Positions 48,413-57,392 of a stretch of DNA of 64,000 bases are shown piece after piece. A program made the translations under genes and the position numbers. The notes beneath the pieces were generated by a model. That model made no database searches and was not told the origin of the DNA. It was given only the letters and a program-made list of their open reading frames with translations. The DNA is from Spirochaetaceae bacterium (GTDB taxonomy: Bacteria; Spirochaetota; Spirochaetia; DSM-2461). How positions within the stretch are numbered: the stretch's first letter is position 1; every line of letters begins with the position of its first letter. The DNA lies in the NCBI GenBank assembly GCA_051531975.1, contig JAOPTT010000013.1, positions 128,001-192,000 on the forward strand, given 5' to 3'.

Positions 48413-49648
48413 TTATATACTGTTTTTACCCTGTAATTTTTTATCAGGATCTAACATTACGTTAATTAGTATAATTGTCGCAGAATTAATAATAGTTGAT
48501 ACTGCAGCTAGAACTGGGAAAACCGGTGAAAGTATAATATAACTATCTTCTATATTTCCATAAGCATATAGAGAGCACAATAGATACAGTGAGGCCACAC
48601 TTGATCCTACAGCTTTTGTAGGTAGACAAAATGATATCAAAAATGAAAATATACTAACCCATAAAACTTGGGATGCTGTAATCTCAAGACTTGAATATGA
48701 TTTTAAAATAACGATGAATGTAATAACTGAAACTAAAGCAGTACCACTTTTAGAAAATAGTGAAAGAAAAGGAATATTGAAACCTGACACTTCTCTTTTT
48801 ATCTTAAAATTTAGTTTTTGGGATGCAATTAAAGTTGTTGATGTAAAGAAATAATCTCCAGTGATAACAGCAACAATTAATGTTGGCATTTGTGACAAAA
48901 TATATTTAAATGAATTTCTTTTACCACATGTATAATAAAATATTATTGGATAAACAATAAATACAATAAAAACAGTTAATGAAATTAGGGTTATAATTAA
49001 TGGTAAAAATATAACAATATTAAAAATATCTCTAATAAGATTAATATAAGTCGCTGTTAGGATCGTAACCCATATAAAAGATATCTTCAAAAAGTATTCG
49101 TTGATTTTAAAGAATATTCTTGATAATGAGTCTACTAGATTAAAAGTAGGTTCAACCTCTTCCCTACTACTTTTAGTTAGAAAAAAACCTAATACTAAAG
49201 CCAAGATAAAGAAAGGTACAAATTGGTTTTCCACAGAAGTAAATTCCCCAACAAAAACAGAGAATATATTACTTGGAAATGATTGTTCAATCAATTGTTT
49301 GAAACTTGGAACATTTATTTCGTAGATACCGTCAATAACAACTGGTATCGGACCTGAAGGGAATAAGAATGATACTAATATCCCGATAATTACTAATAAA
49401 AGTGAAAATGCAGCAACTAAACCTATTGCTTTAGCTGTTGTAACTGCTAATTGTCTGTTTCTTTGTAATTGACACACAGATACTATAAGTGAAAAGAATA
49501 ATAATGGAAGAACAATATAACGTCCCATTGATAATATCGTTGTTGATATTTGTGTAATTGTAGTCAATATCAGACTGTTTACTGGTAGTAAAAGAGCTAT
49601 TAGTGCCCCCACAATTAGACCTGCTAATACTTGCAGTAATGTTTTCAT
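48413..49648 (-). CDS. Dicarboxylate/amino acid:cation symporter family protein (divergent)
   Basis: YIVLPLLFFSL, FPSNIF, polytopic; C-terminal substrate motifs divergent. Confidence 0.75.
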   Translation of the reverse strand: MKTLLQVLAGLIVGALIALLLPVNSLILTTITQISTTILSMGRYIVLPLLFFSLIVSVCQLQRNRQLAVTTAKAIGLVAAFSLLLVIIGILVSFLFPSGPIPVVIDGIYEINVPSFKQLIEQSFPSNIFSVFVGEFTSVENQFVPFFILALVLGFFLTKSSREEVEPTFNLVDSLSRIFFKINEYFLKISFIWVTILTATYINLIRDIFNIVIFLPLIITLISLTVFIVFIVYPIIFYYTCGKRNSFKYILSQMPTLIVAVITGDYFFTSTTLIASQKLNFKIKREVSGFNIPFLSLFSKSGTALVSVITFIVILKSYSSLEITASQVLWVSIFSFLISFCLPTKAVGSSVASLYLLCSLYAYGNIEDSYIILSPVFPVLAAVSTIINSATIILINVMLDPDKKLQGKNSI

Positions 49649-49727
49649 TAAATTCTCCTTTTAAAAACATAGATTATCATATTATTTTTTTATTTGATAT
49701 AGTATATTTTTACTATAAGGGGTCGAT

Positions 49728-51368
49728 ATGAAAATTGCAGCAGGACAGATAAACTCTAAAATTGGAGACTTTAAAAACAACGCTTTAAAAATATTACAAG
49801 AGTCTAATAGAGCTCTAGAATCAGGTGCGACCCTTGTTGTTTTTCCTGAAATGGCAATCTCTGGATATCCACCTATGGATTTAGTAAATTATGATTCCTT
49901 TGTTAATAAGAACCTAGGCGCACTGAAATGGCTAATTACACACTTAGCTAAAGATATTGCTGTATGTGTAGGTTATGTTGACTTCAATAAAAAAAGCCAA
50001 GGTAAAAGATTAGTAAACCGAATCTCAGTTATTCTGAATAATGAAATAATATATACACAGGATAAAACCTTATTACCAACATATGATGTTTTTGATGAGG
50101 CAAGGTATTTTGAACCAGGTCAAAAGCGTTCCTTTTTTATGTTAAATGGTCTAAAAATTGGTGTTGCTATCTGCGAAGATATCTGGTGGAATCATGGGGA
50201 ATTTAGCGATAAAGAGTATCCTGAGAATCCAGTAGACGATATTTTATCACATAATCCAGATGTCGTGATTATTCCTTCAGCATCCCCATTTTATTCAGGG
50301 AAAACAGCTACAAGGTTAGATATTGTGCAATCAATATGTAAAAAAGGAAATTGCCCAAGTTTATATGTAAATATGGTTGGTGCAAATGATAACCTTATTT
50401 TTGATGGGAATTCTTTTGGCGTAAATAAGAGTGGGGATGTTATTGGTGTTGGAACTGGGTTTGAAGAGGATCTGCTATTAATAGATGTTTTTTCAGATAA
50501 TAAAGTTTCTGAGCCACTTTATAGTAAATATGAAGAGATTGAATGTGCTTTAGCGTTAGGTATAAAAGAGTATATATATAAATGTGGATTATCTAAGGTT
50601 ATTATTGGATCATCTGGTGGTATTGATTCTGCATTGGTTGCATGTCTTGCTGTTAAAGCTCTTGGAAAAGATAACGTAAAAACATTTGCTATGCCGTCTA
50701 GGTACTCTTCTGATGGTAGTAAATCAGATGCAAAACAGTTAGCTATAAACTTAGGAGTTAGCTATGATGAACTAGCGATAGAGCCAGTTTTTGAATCATT
50801 TTTAAATACATTAGAACCACATTTTAAGGGTACAGAGATGAATGTCGCTGAAGAGAATCTTCAGGCAAGAATAAGAGGAACGCTTTTAATGGCTTACTCG
50901 AATAAGTTTGGCGGTATGGTTTTAACCACAGGTAATAAATCGGAACTTGCAACAGGATATTGCACTCTCTATGGGGACATGGCAGGTGGTCTCTCAGTTA
51001 TTGGGGACTTGTTTAAAACTGAAGTTTTTGAGCTATGTTATCATATTAATAAAACTGAGGAGATTATACCTCAGAATATATTGGATAAACCTCCAAGTGC
51101 CGAGTTACGTCCAGATCAGAAAGATGAAGACTCTCTACCTCCCTATGATATTTTAGATGGTATTTTAGACCTATATGTAGTTCATAACAAATCCGCAGAA
51201 GATATTATTCTCCAGGATTATGATCGTGAAACTGTAGAGTTTGTTTTAAAGCTAACTGCAAGAGTAGAATTTAAAAGAAACCAGACTGCACCAGTTTTAA
51301 AAGTTTCTAAGAAGGCATTTGGTAATGGAAGACGAATCCCTATTGCTAGATCTCTTACTGAAGTTTAA
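49728..51368 (+). CDS. nadE: Glutamine-dependent NAD+ synthetase
   Basis: Nitrilase domain (FPEM, K..LPTYDVFDE, ICEDIW); SGGIDS, ENLQARIRG, TGNKSE, PPSAELRPDQ. Confidence 0.97.
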   Translation: MKIAAGQINSKIGDFKNNALKILQESNRALESGATLVVFPEMAISGYPPMDLVNYDSFVNKNLGALKWLITHLAKDIAVCVGYVDFNKKSQGKRLVNRISVILNNEIIYTQDKTLLPTYDVFDEARYFEPGQKRSFFMLNGLKIGVAICEDIWWNHGEFSDKEYPENPVDDILSHNPDVVIIPSASPFYSGKTATRLDIVQSICKKGNCPSLYVNMVGANDNLIFDGNSFGVNKSGDVIGVGTGFEEDLLLIDVFSDNKVSEPLYSKYEEIECALALGIKEYIYKCGLSKVIIGSSGGIDSALVACLAVKALGKDNVKTFAMPSRYSSDGSKSDAKQLAINLGVSYDELAIEPVFESFLNTLEPHFKGTEMNVAEENLQARIRGTLLMAYSNKFGGMVLTTGNKSELATGYCTLYGDMAGGLSVIGDLFKTEVFELCYHINKTEEIIPQNILDKPPSAELRPDQKDEDSLPPYDILDGILDLYVVHNKSAEDIILQDYDRETVEFVLKLTARVEFKRNQTAPVLKVSKKAFGNGRRIPIARSLTEV

Positions 51369-51374
51369 AAGTCG

Positions 51375-51403
51375 AAGTCATCTTTTATATTAATAGATGA
51401 CTT
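51375..51403. terminator. Probable bidirectional terminator between convergent nadE and phnA-like genes
   Basis: Inverted repeat AAGTCATCT...AGATGACTT. Confidence 0.6.
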
Positions 51404-51420
51404 AAACTTTTCTAATTTAC

Positions 51421-51996
51421 TTATTTAGATTTTTTAACAAACTTTGTAAGGATTACAATTTTTTGGCCATTCACTCGGCCTTCAATATGTTCTGCATTAT
51501 ACGGATCTAGAGATATTCTTCTTACAGCAGTTCCTCTTTTCGCAATAAAACTGACACCCTTAACATCTAAATCTTTTATTAGTGTTACAGTATCTCCTGG
51601 TTGTAATAGAACTCCATTACAATCCATATGTTTAAGTTCACTCTCAGAGCTTTCTTCAGATAAACCAGATTCTGCCCAAGTTAATATATCATCTTCTAGG
51701 TACATCATATCTAACAGGTCTTTTGCCCAACCCTCATTTTCTAGAGCTTTTAACATTCGCCATGAAACTACCTGAACTGAAGATACAGGGCTCCACATTG
51801 AGTCGTTTAAACAACGCCAATGGTTAATATCTATACTATTAGAGTCTGTTAATTGTAAGTTACAAGTTTCGCAAGTAACTATTATATTATCTATCGATGT
51901 ATCGTCTTTTGGAGTAACAATAAAACGTTTTAACTCTTTTTCACTTCCACATAACTCACACTTTGATTCACTTCTAATTAATAATTCCTGTTCCAT
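51421..51996 (-). CDS. PhnA/YjdM-domain protein with Zn ribbon
   Basis: CELC...CETC, HWRCLNDSMWS, DCNGVLLQPGDTVTLIKDLDVKG. Confidence 0.88.
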   Translation of the reverse strand: MEQELLIRSESKCELCGSEKELKRFIVTPKDDTSIDNIIVTCETCNLQLTDSNSIDINHWRCLNDSMWSPVSSVQVVSWRMLKALENEGWAKDLLDMMYLEDDILTWAESGLSEESSESELKHMDCNGVLLQPGDTVTLIKDLDVKGVSFIAKRGTAVRRISLDPYNAEHIEGRVNGQKIVILTKFVKKSK

Positions 51997-52198
51997 TTAC
52001 CTATCCTAAAGTTTGATAATGGAATTTAACATATTAAAATGATGTATACATCTGTTAATTTACTTAATTGAAATAAAAAAAAGTACTTTCTTAATCTTTT
52101 TTATGGATATAGCCTATAAAAACAATAATAATAAATTTAGGAGTAAGCCGTGTTATGTAATCAAAGAAGATGTATGTTTTATTTAACAAAGACTCGGT

Positions 52199-55003
52199 TT
52201 GATAAATATGAAAATATCTGAAGATTTACTCTATATAAGAAAAGGTGAAGGTTCTCTTGTATTTCGCTTTTTCCTACAATATTTTCTTATTGGAATTCCC
52301 CGGCTTTTTACTTTTACAGGGGCAGGAGCACTATTCCTGCAATATTTTAAATCTGATTATCTTCCAATAGTTCAAATGGCTACTGCTCTAATTCTTCCTT
52401 TTATAGGTATATTACTTTTTTTGTTTCAAAAAAGAGGGCAAACAAAACGTCTCTTTTCTATAATGTATTTCCTTCTAATAGTTGCATTAGTTATATTTAG
52501 AATAATCTTTCATTATAACAAGGAAAGTCCATACCCATATGCTTTTTTATTAATATGGGCAAATGTTGAATATGCAATAACAGAAATTATTTTTTGGATA
52601 AGTGCAAATCGTATGTTTAATATCCGCCAGGCAAAAAGACTGTTTGGGGTTATTGCTGCCGGGGAAGTTCTTTCTATTATTATTATGGGTTCACTTCTCT
52701 CTCAGATAGTTAAATTCATAAGTCCACAAAATTTAATTTTATTGTCTGCATTAAGTCTATTTTTTGCATTGTTAAATCATCAAAAGATACACTTTCCAAA
52801 ACCAATAATAGAGACTCCTAAACGATTTATCAAAAAGACAGAATATCCCAAATACTATATTTTATTACTGTTTTTAATTGTGTTATTGGAAAATAATACA
52901 CATATTATTGGTGAAAACATCTTTTTTAGAGCTATAGAGGAGAAGTTTGTAAGTACTACATCGATTATAGTTTTTATGGGTGCGTTTATGGCAGTATTAA
53001 ATATTTTGAAGTTTATATTCCAACTGTTTTTAACAAATCGTTTTAATGAAAAATTTGGAGTTCTTGGTGCACTGTTAAGTCCTATTCTATTTTTGATTCC
53101 AGTTTCAATTGGAATTGCCATTTTTTCACTTAATGCACAATATATCCAGGTCGTTATTCTTTTTGCACTGTTATTACGTATTTTTATATCTCTAAGTATT
53201 GGTTCATTTTATGGCCCTGTATTTTTTACTCTTTTTCAACCATTAAGGGATAATATCCGGGAGAAAATCCAAAATATAGCTGATTCTGTTATAGGGCAAG
53301 GTGCAGGTTTTTTAGGAGGAGGCGCAATACTTTTTCTAGGTAGCATTATAGGCATATCATTTCTAAATTTATCTGTTATTTTAATATTAAATCTATGTTT
53401 GTGGTTATTTGTAATCATTATTATATTTAAGGAATTTAATAAACAGCTGGTCTTTCATGTTCTCCCTGTTTATAAGTCGAAAAACAGGATTATTGACTCA
53501 AAAACTAATATAGAAACAGATGAATTATTAAGAGAGAAAGAACAAGACATAGAAATATGGATTAATTCTTATATATTGGGAGATGTTGAAAATAATCTTA
53601 GAAATCTACTTCAATTATCAGATTTAAAAAAGAAAACCCTAGACATATTAGGGCAATATCTTACTAATGAAATATTATTATGTAATACGTTTGATTTTAT
53701 ATTATCTAAACTTATTCAAAGACCTGAAACCTTTCTTATAGATAATCTTAGAGATGAAAAGGTTATTTCACAAAGAAGGATTTTACTCGTAGTATCAATA
53801 TTAGAGAAAAATGTAAGAATATTTGATATTAACAGGCAATTGAATTCTGAAAATAGTAAAACAGCATCATTTGCTATAGAGCTTATTGAACAATGGATCA
53901 CTGGTAAATATAAAAGAAAAATAATTGAGATTGTAGAACCACCATATCAAGGCTTTCAGAATAAACAGCTAATTAAGTTTTTAAGAAGCTGTGAAAATAG
54001 GGATGACTTCTCTCATTTATTGTCTTATTTTTCAAGTTTTTACAAAAGTGATGCTGGTAAATGGATGTTATATTGTTTTAAGAACTATTTAATTGACGAT
54101 AAAGATAAGTTACCATGGGATTTTGAGAAAACAAAAATACTAAAAAAGAATGAAGTTTTTGGTAAAAGTTCCTGTTTTGATCTTTCAAAAGCAGCAGACT
54201 ATTTTAATGAAGAGTCCTATGTTGCAAAAGAATTAATCATCAAAAAAGGCGAAATTGGTGATACTATGTATATCATCATAGAGGGGACTGTTAAAGTTTT
54301 TGTTGGGAATATTGAATATGCATTATTGGCAGAAGGAAGCTTTTTTGGAGAAGGTTCCGCTCTAAGTCCAGAACCTAGATCCGCAAGTATAAGTGCGGTA
54401 AGTGATGTAAAACTACTTTCAATTAACAAAAAATATCTATATTCATTATTAGAAGATTATCCACAGATCTTGTTATCTTTAATGCTTGTTTTATGTAGTT
54501 GGATTCGTACAAATGTTAAAAAGATAGACTTTAAGGAAGTTGTTAAGGTCAATGATTATAATATTAGTTATTCTGAATATTCACCTTCGGTTTTACTTTC
54601 TAAGATGAGATCTATCCCTGAATTAAAAAATATTAAAGATGATTTATTTAAAAGCTTAATATATAATAGTAGCATTCTTAATATTAAATCAGGTCAAAGA
54701 TTGTACAATAGAGGTGATTCTGAGCAAACTCCCTTTTTTTTAATTGAAGGTGAAATGAAATTTTTTTTAAACACTGAACTTGAAGCAAGATTACAAACAA
54801 ATGGTTTTTTTGGATTATTATCCACAATAGATAATGGTGAATATATAGAACATGCTGAGGCAGTTAAAGATTGTACTATTTTAGTAATTAAGCCGGAGAT
54901 CTTTGGTTTTCATCTTTCTAGTAATTATTATTTTGGGCGTTATTGTCTCACTAAAGTTATGAATAAATTACGATTCATTAATACAATCATAAGGAATAAG
55001 TGA
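52199..55003 (+). CDS. Npt/TLC-like MFS transporter fused to a helical linker and two cNMP-binding domains (start TTG 52199 or ATG 52208)
   Basis: IRKGE N-terminus, FWISANRMFNIRQAKRLFGVI (TLC-like signature), about 12 TMs; cNMP1 KKGEIGDTMYIIIEG...FFGE...PRSAS; cNMP2 degenerate. Confidence 0.8.
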   Translation: MINMKISEDLLYIRKGEGSLVFRFFLQYFLIGIPRLFTFTGAGALFLQYFKSDYLPIVQMATALILPFIGILLFLFQKRGQTKRLFSIMYFLLIVALVIFRIIFHYNKESPYPYAFLLIWANVEYAITEIIFWISANRMFNIRQAKRLFGVIAAGEVLSIIIMGSLLSQIVKFISPQNLILLSALSLFFALLNHQKIHFPKPIIETPKRFIKKTEYPKYYILLLFLIVLLENNTHIIGENIFFRAIEEKFVSTTSIIVFMGAFMAVLNILKFIFQLFLTNRFNEKFGVLGALLSPILFLIPVSIGIAIFSLNAQYIQVVILFALLLRIFISLSIGSFYGPVFFTLFQPLRDNIREKIQNIADSVIGQGAGFLGGGAILFLGSIIGISFLNLSVILILNLCLWLFVIIIIFKEFNKQLVFHVLPVYKSKNRIIDSKTNIETDELLREKEQDIEIWINSYILGDVENNLRNLLQLSDLKKKTLDILGQYLTNEILLCNTFDFILSKLIQRPETFLIDNLRDEKVISQRRILLVVSILEKNVRIFDINRQLNSENSKTASFAIELIEQWITGKYKRKIIEIVEPPYQGFQNKQLIKFLRSCENRDDFSHLLSYFSSFYKSDAGKWMLYCFKNYLIDDKDKLPWDFEKTKILKKNEVFGKSSCFDLSKAADYFNEESYVAKELIIKKGEIGDTMYIIIEGTVKVFVGNIEYALLAEGSFFGEGSALSPEPRSASISAVSDVKLLSINKKYLYSLLEDYPQILLSLMLVLCSWIRTNVKKIDFKEVVKVNDYNISYSEYSPSVLLSKMRSIPELKNIKDDLFKSLIYNSSILNIKSGQRLYNRGDSEQTPFFLIEGEMKFFLNTELEARLQTNGFFGLLSTIDNGEYIEHAEAVKDCTILVIKPEIFGFHLSSNYYFGRYCLTKVMNKLRFINTIIRNK

Positions 55004-56046
55004 TGAAGAAAATACAAGTTAATCGTTTAGGCATATTGTCTAATCTAAAAAAAATACAGACATTGTGTAAAAATAATGGATGTGAACTTGTTCCTGTTAC
55101 AAAACTTGTACATTCATATCAAGAGATGTTATCGGAGCTTATAAATGGTGATATAAAAATGATTGCTGAAGTTAACTTGGATTCAATTAAACAGATTGAA
55201 CTACCTGTAAAAAAGATGTTATTAAAAACATCTCCATCTGCTATTAGAGATATCCTATTAAATTGTGATGTTGCTTTAGTTTCTGAATTAGATGTTCTAA
55301 GAGAAATTAACAAATATGCAAAATCAAGATATCTGGATATTATTGTTCCCATAGAACTTGGCGATTTAAGAGAGGGTATTTATCCAAATGAAGTTGTCGA
55401 TTTTTTTAGAGAAGCTTTAAAGTTAGTTAACCTTAACATAGTTGGCTTTTCAGTTAATTTTGGATGCCTCGCTGGAAAATTACCAGATGATGAGTCTTTA
55501 CTAGAGATTCAAGAGATTAAAAAGAACTTAATAGAAGAACTAAATTATACTCCTCAAGTTGTTTCTTTAGGTGGAACAGTTATTATTGATATGTTAAAAG
55601 AGGGTAAATTAAAAGGTATTGCTAATCAGGTTAGAATCGGAGAAGCCATCTACTTCGGATATAATACTTCTGGTGGAGCCTATATTGAAGGTTTAGAGCA
55701 GAATAACTTTATATTTCAGGCAGAAATAATAGAAGTAAAAGAGAAAGAAGTTTTAAATAAAGGTAAAATGGGTCTCAATGCATTTGGGGAATCTTTTAAG
55801 TCAAATAAAAGTGGAATTAGGAAAAGAGCAGTTCTCAACTTTGGTTCCTTAACAGTACCTCCATATGGAATAATACCAGTGGATTCTTCAGTTCAACTTG
55901 AAGGTATGACCCATGATCTTTCTGTATTCGATATTACCAATTCAACATATCCATATAAACCAGGATCAATAATGGAGTTTCGTTTGAATTATTCTGGGGC
56001 GGCTCAAGCATTTTTAAATAAGCATATTGCTATTATAATAAATTAA
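55000..56046 (+). CDS. PLP-dependent amino-acid racemase, ornithine/lysine racemase-like (alanine racemase fold)
   Basis: PVTK PLP-Lys, ELGDLREG, NFGC, SLGGT, QVRIGEA, THDL; GTG start overlaps the upstream stop. Confidence 0.85.
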   Translation: MMKKIQVNRLGILSNLKKIQTLCKNNGCELVPVTKLVHSYQEMLSELINGDIKMIAEVNLDSIKQIELPVKKMLLKTSPSAIRDILLNCDVALVSELDVLREINKYAKSRYLDIIVPIELGDLREGIYPNEVVDFFREALKLVNLNIVGFSVNFGCLAGKLPDDESLLEIQEIKKNLIEELNYTPQVVSLGGTVIIDMLKEGKLKGIANQVRIGEAIYFGYNTSGGAYIEGLEQNNFIFQAEIIEVKEKEVLNKGKMGLNAFGESFKSNKSGIRKRAVLNFGSLTVPPYGIIPVDSSVQLEGMTHDLSVFDITNSTYPYKPGSIMEFRLNYSGAAQAFLNKHIAIIIN

Positions 56047-56107
56047 AAGTAGTAGTTTTATATAAATATAAGCTAAAATAAGTATAATATTCCTTGGGGG
56101 TTTAACC

Positions 56108-57391
56108 ATGACAAAGAAGACAGTATTCATGATAGTTGCTATATCATTAGCTCTATTTTCATGCCAGAACAAAACAAAAGAAGATAATATCGAAGAAACA
56201 CGTGTTTACCATAAAGCTGAAGCTACAGATCTATTAAATAGTGGAGCTGTAGCAGATACTGCAGATTATACTGCTTTCCTTAAATCAAATAAGGAAAAAT
56301 TTAAAATAGCAGTATTCCAAAGTGGTAAATATTTCTCATATACTGATGTATTTGAAGGTATTCTTCAGGGAATGGTTACTTTAGGGTGGATAAATGATGT
56401 ACCACCTCTTCTGAAAGACTACTCATACGACTCTTATGAAGACGGTAAAACGATATATAATATAATTCAGGAATTAAACAAAACTGATTATAGTGATTAT
56501 GTAGAAATTTCTACTGAACTGTTTTTTGATCTAAATTTTACAGATGATAATGTAAATACTCCTGAATTTGAAAAAATGACTGAAGCTGATTCAAATATAG
56601 ATCTAATTATATGTCTTGGAACCCAGATGAGTAAAATTCTTTCAGATTTTACAAATCTTAAGATTCCTGTTTTAGTTGACTCCATTTCAGATCCTGTAGG
56701 TTCTGAAATATTAAATAGTATTGATGATTCAGGGCGAGATTTCTTAACTGGAATTGTTGACCCAGAGCAGGACTTAAGACAACTTAAACTTTTTCATAGT
56801 GTTATTCAATTTAAAACTCTTGGTATACTTTACGAAGATACTGATATTGGAAGATCCTATGGTGCTGTTGATGATGTTTATTCAGTTGCTAATGAAAATG
56901 GATTTAAAGTTATTGCAAATAATAATGTTCTTCCAGACCCTATAGATGATGATGATGATGATGCATGGGAAGATTGTGAAGCCCAATATATCGTAGCCTT
57001 AGAAGAACTTTGCCAAAGTTTATCAGAATATGATCGTAAAGATGTTGGGATCTATTTAGCGGTTCAAAGTGGTCTATCAGAGTATAGTCTTGAAGGTATT
57101 GTCGAAGTATTAAATAAATATAAAATTGCATCCTTTGTTATGGAAGGAAAAGGCTTTGTTGAAGAAGGAGTTCTATTAGGAGAATCTGATAGTAACTTAT
57201 TATCTAAAGGAATCTTTAATAGCAAAAAAATTGTTAATATTTTTAGAGGAACAAAGCCTCGGGAATTAAATCAGAAATATGAACATGTCCCTCATATAGC
57301 AATTAACTTAGATACTGCAAATCATATTGGTTATGATGTAACTATTGATATTTTATCTAGTGCCGATCAGATATATAAAAAGGAGCAGTAG
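56108..57391 (+). CDS. ABC-type substrate-binding lipoprotein (ABC_sub_bind-like), orphan
   Basis: Lipobox LFSC; SISDPVGS, FKTLGILY, GTKPREL, IAINLDTANHIG...LSSADQI. Confidence 0.8.
   Translation: MTKKTVFMIVAISLALFSCQNKTKEDNIEETRVYHKAEATDLLNSGAVADTADYTAFLKSNKEKFKIAVFQSGKYFSYTDVFEGILQGMVTLGWINDVPPLLKDYSYDSYEDGKTIYNIIQELNKTDYSDYVEISTELFFDLNFTDDNVNTPEFEKMTEADSNIDLIICLGTQMSKILSDFTNLKIPVLVDSISDPVGSEILNSIDDSGRDFLTGIVDPEQDLRQLKLFHSVIQFKTLGILYEDTDIGRSYGAVDDVYSVANENGFKVIANNNVLPDPIDDDDDDAWEDCEAQYIVALEELCQSLSEYDRKDVGIYLAVQSGLSEYSLEGIVEVLNKYKIASFVMEGKGFVEEGVLLGESDSNLLSKGIFNSKKIVNIFRGTKPRELNQKYEHVPHIAINLDTANHIGYDVTIDILSSADQIYKKEQ
56945..56962 (+). repeat. (GAT)6 in-frame microsatellite encoding Asp6
   Basis: gatgatgatgatgatgat read directly. 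Confidence 0.9.
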
Positions 57392-57392
57392 T

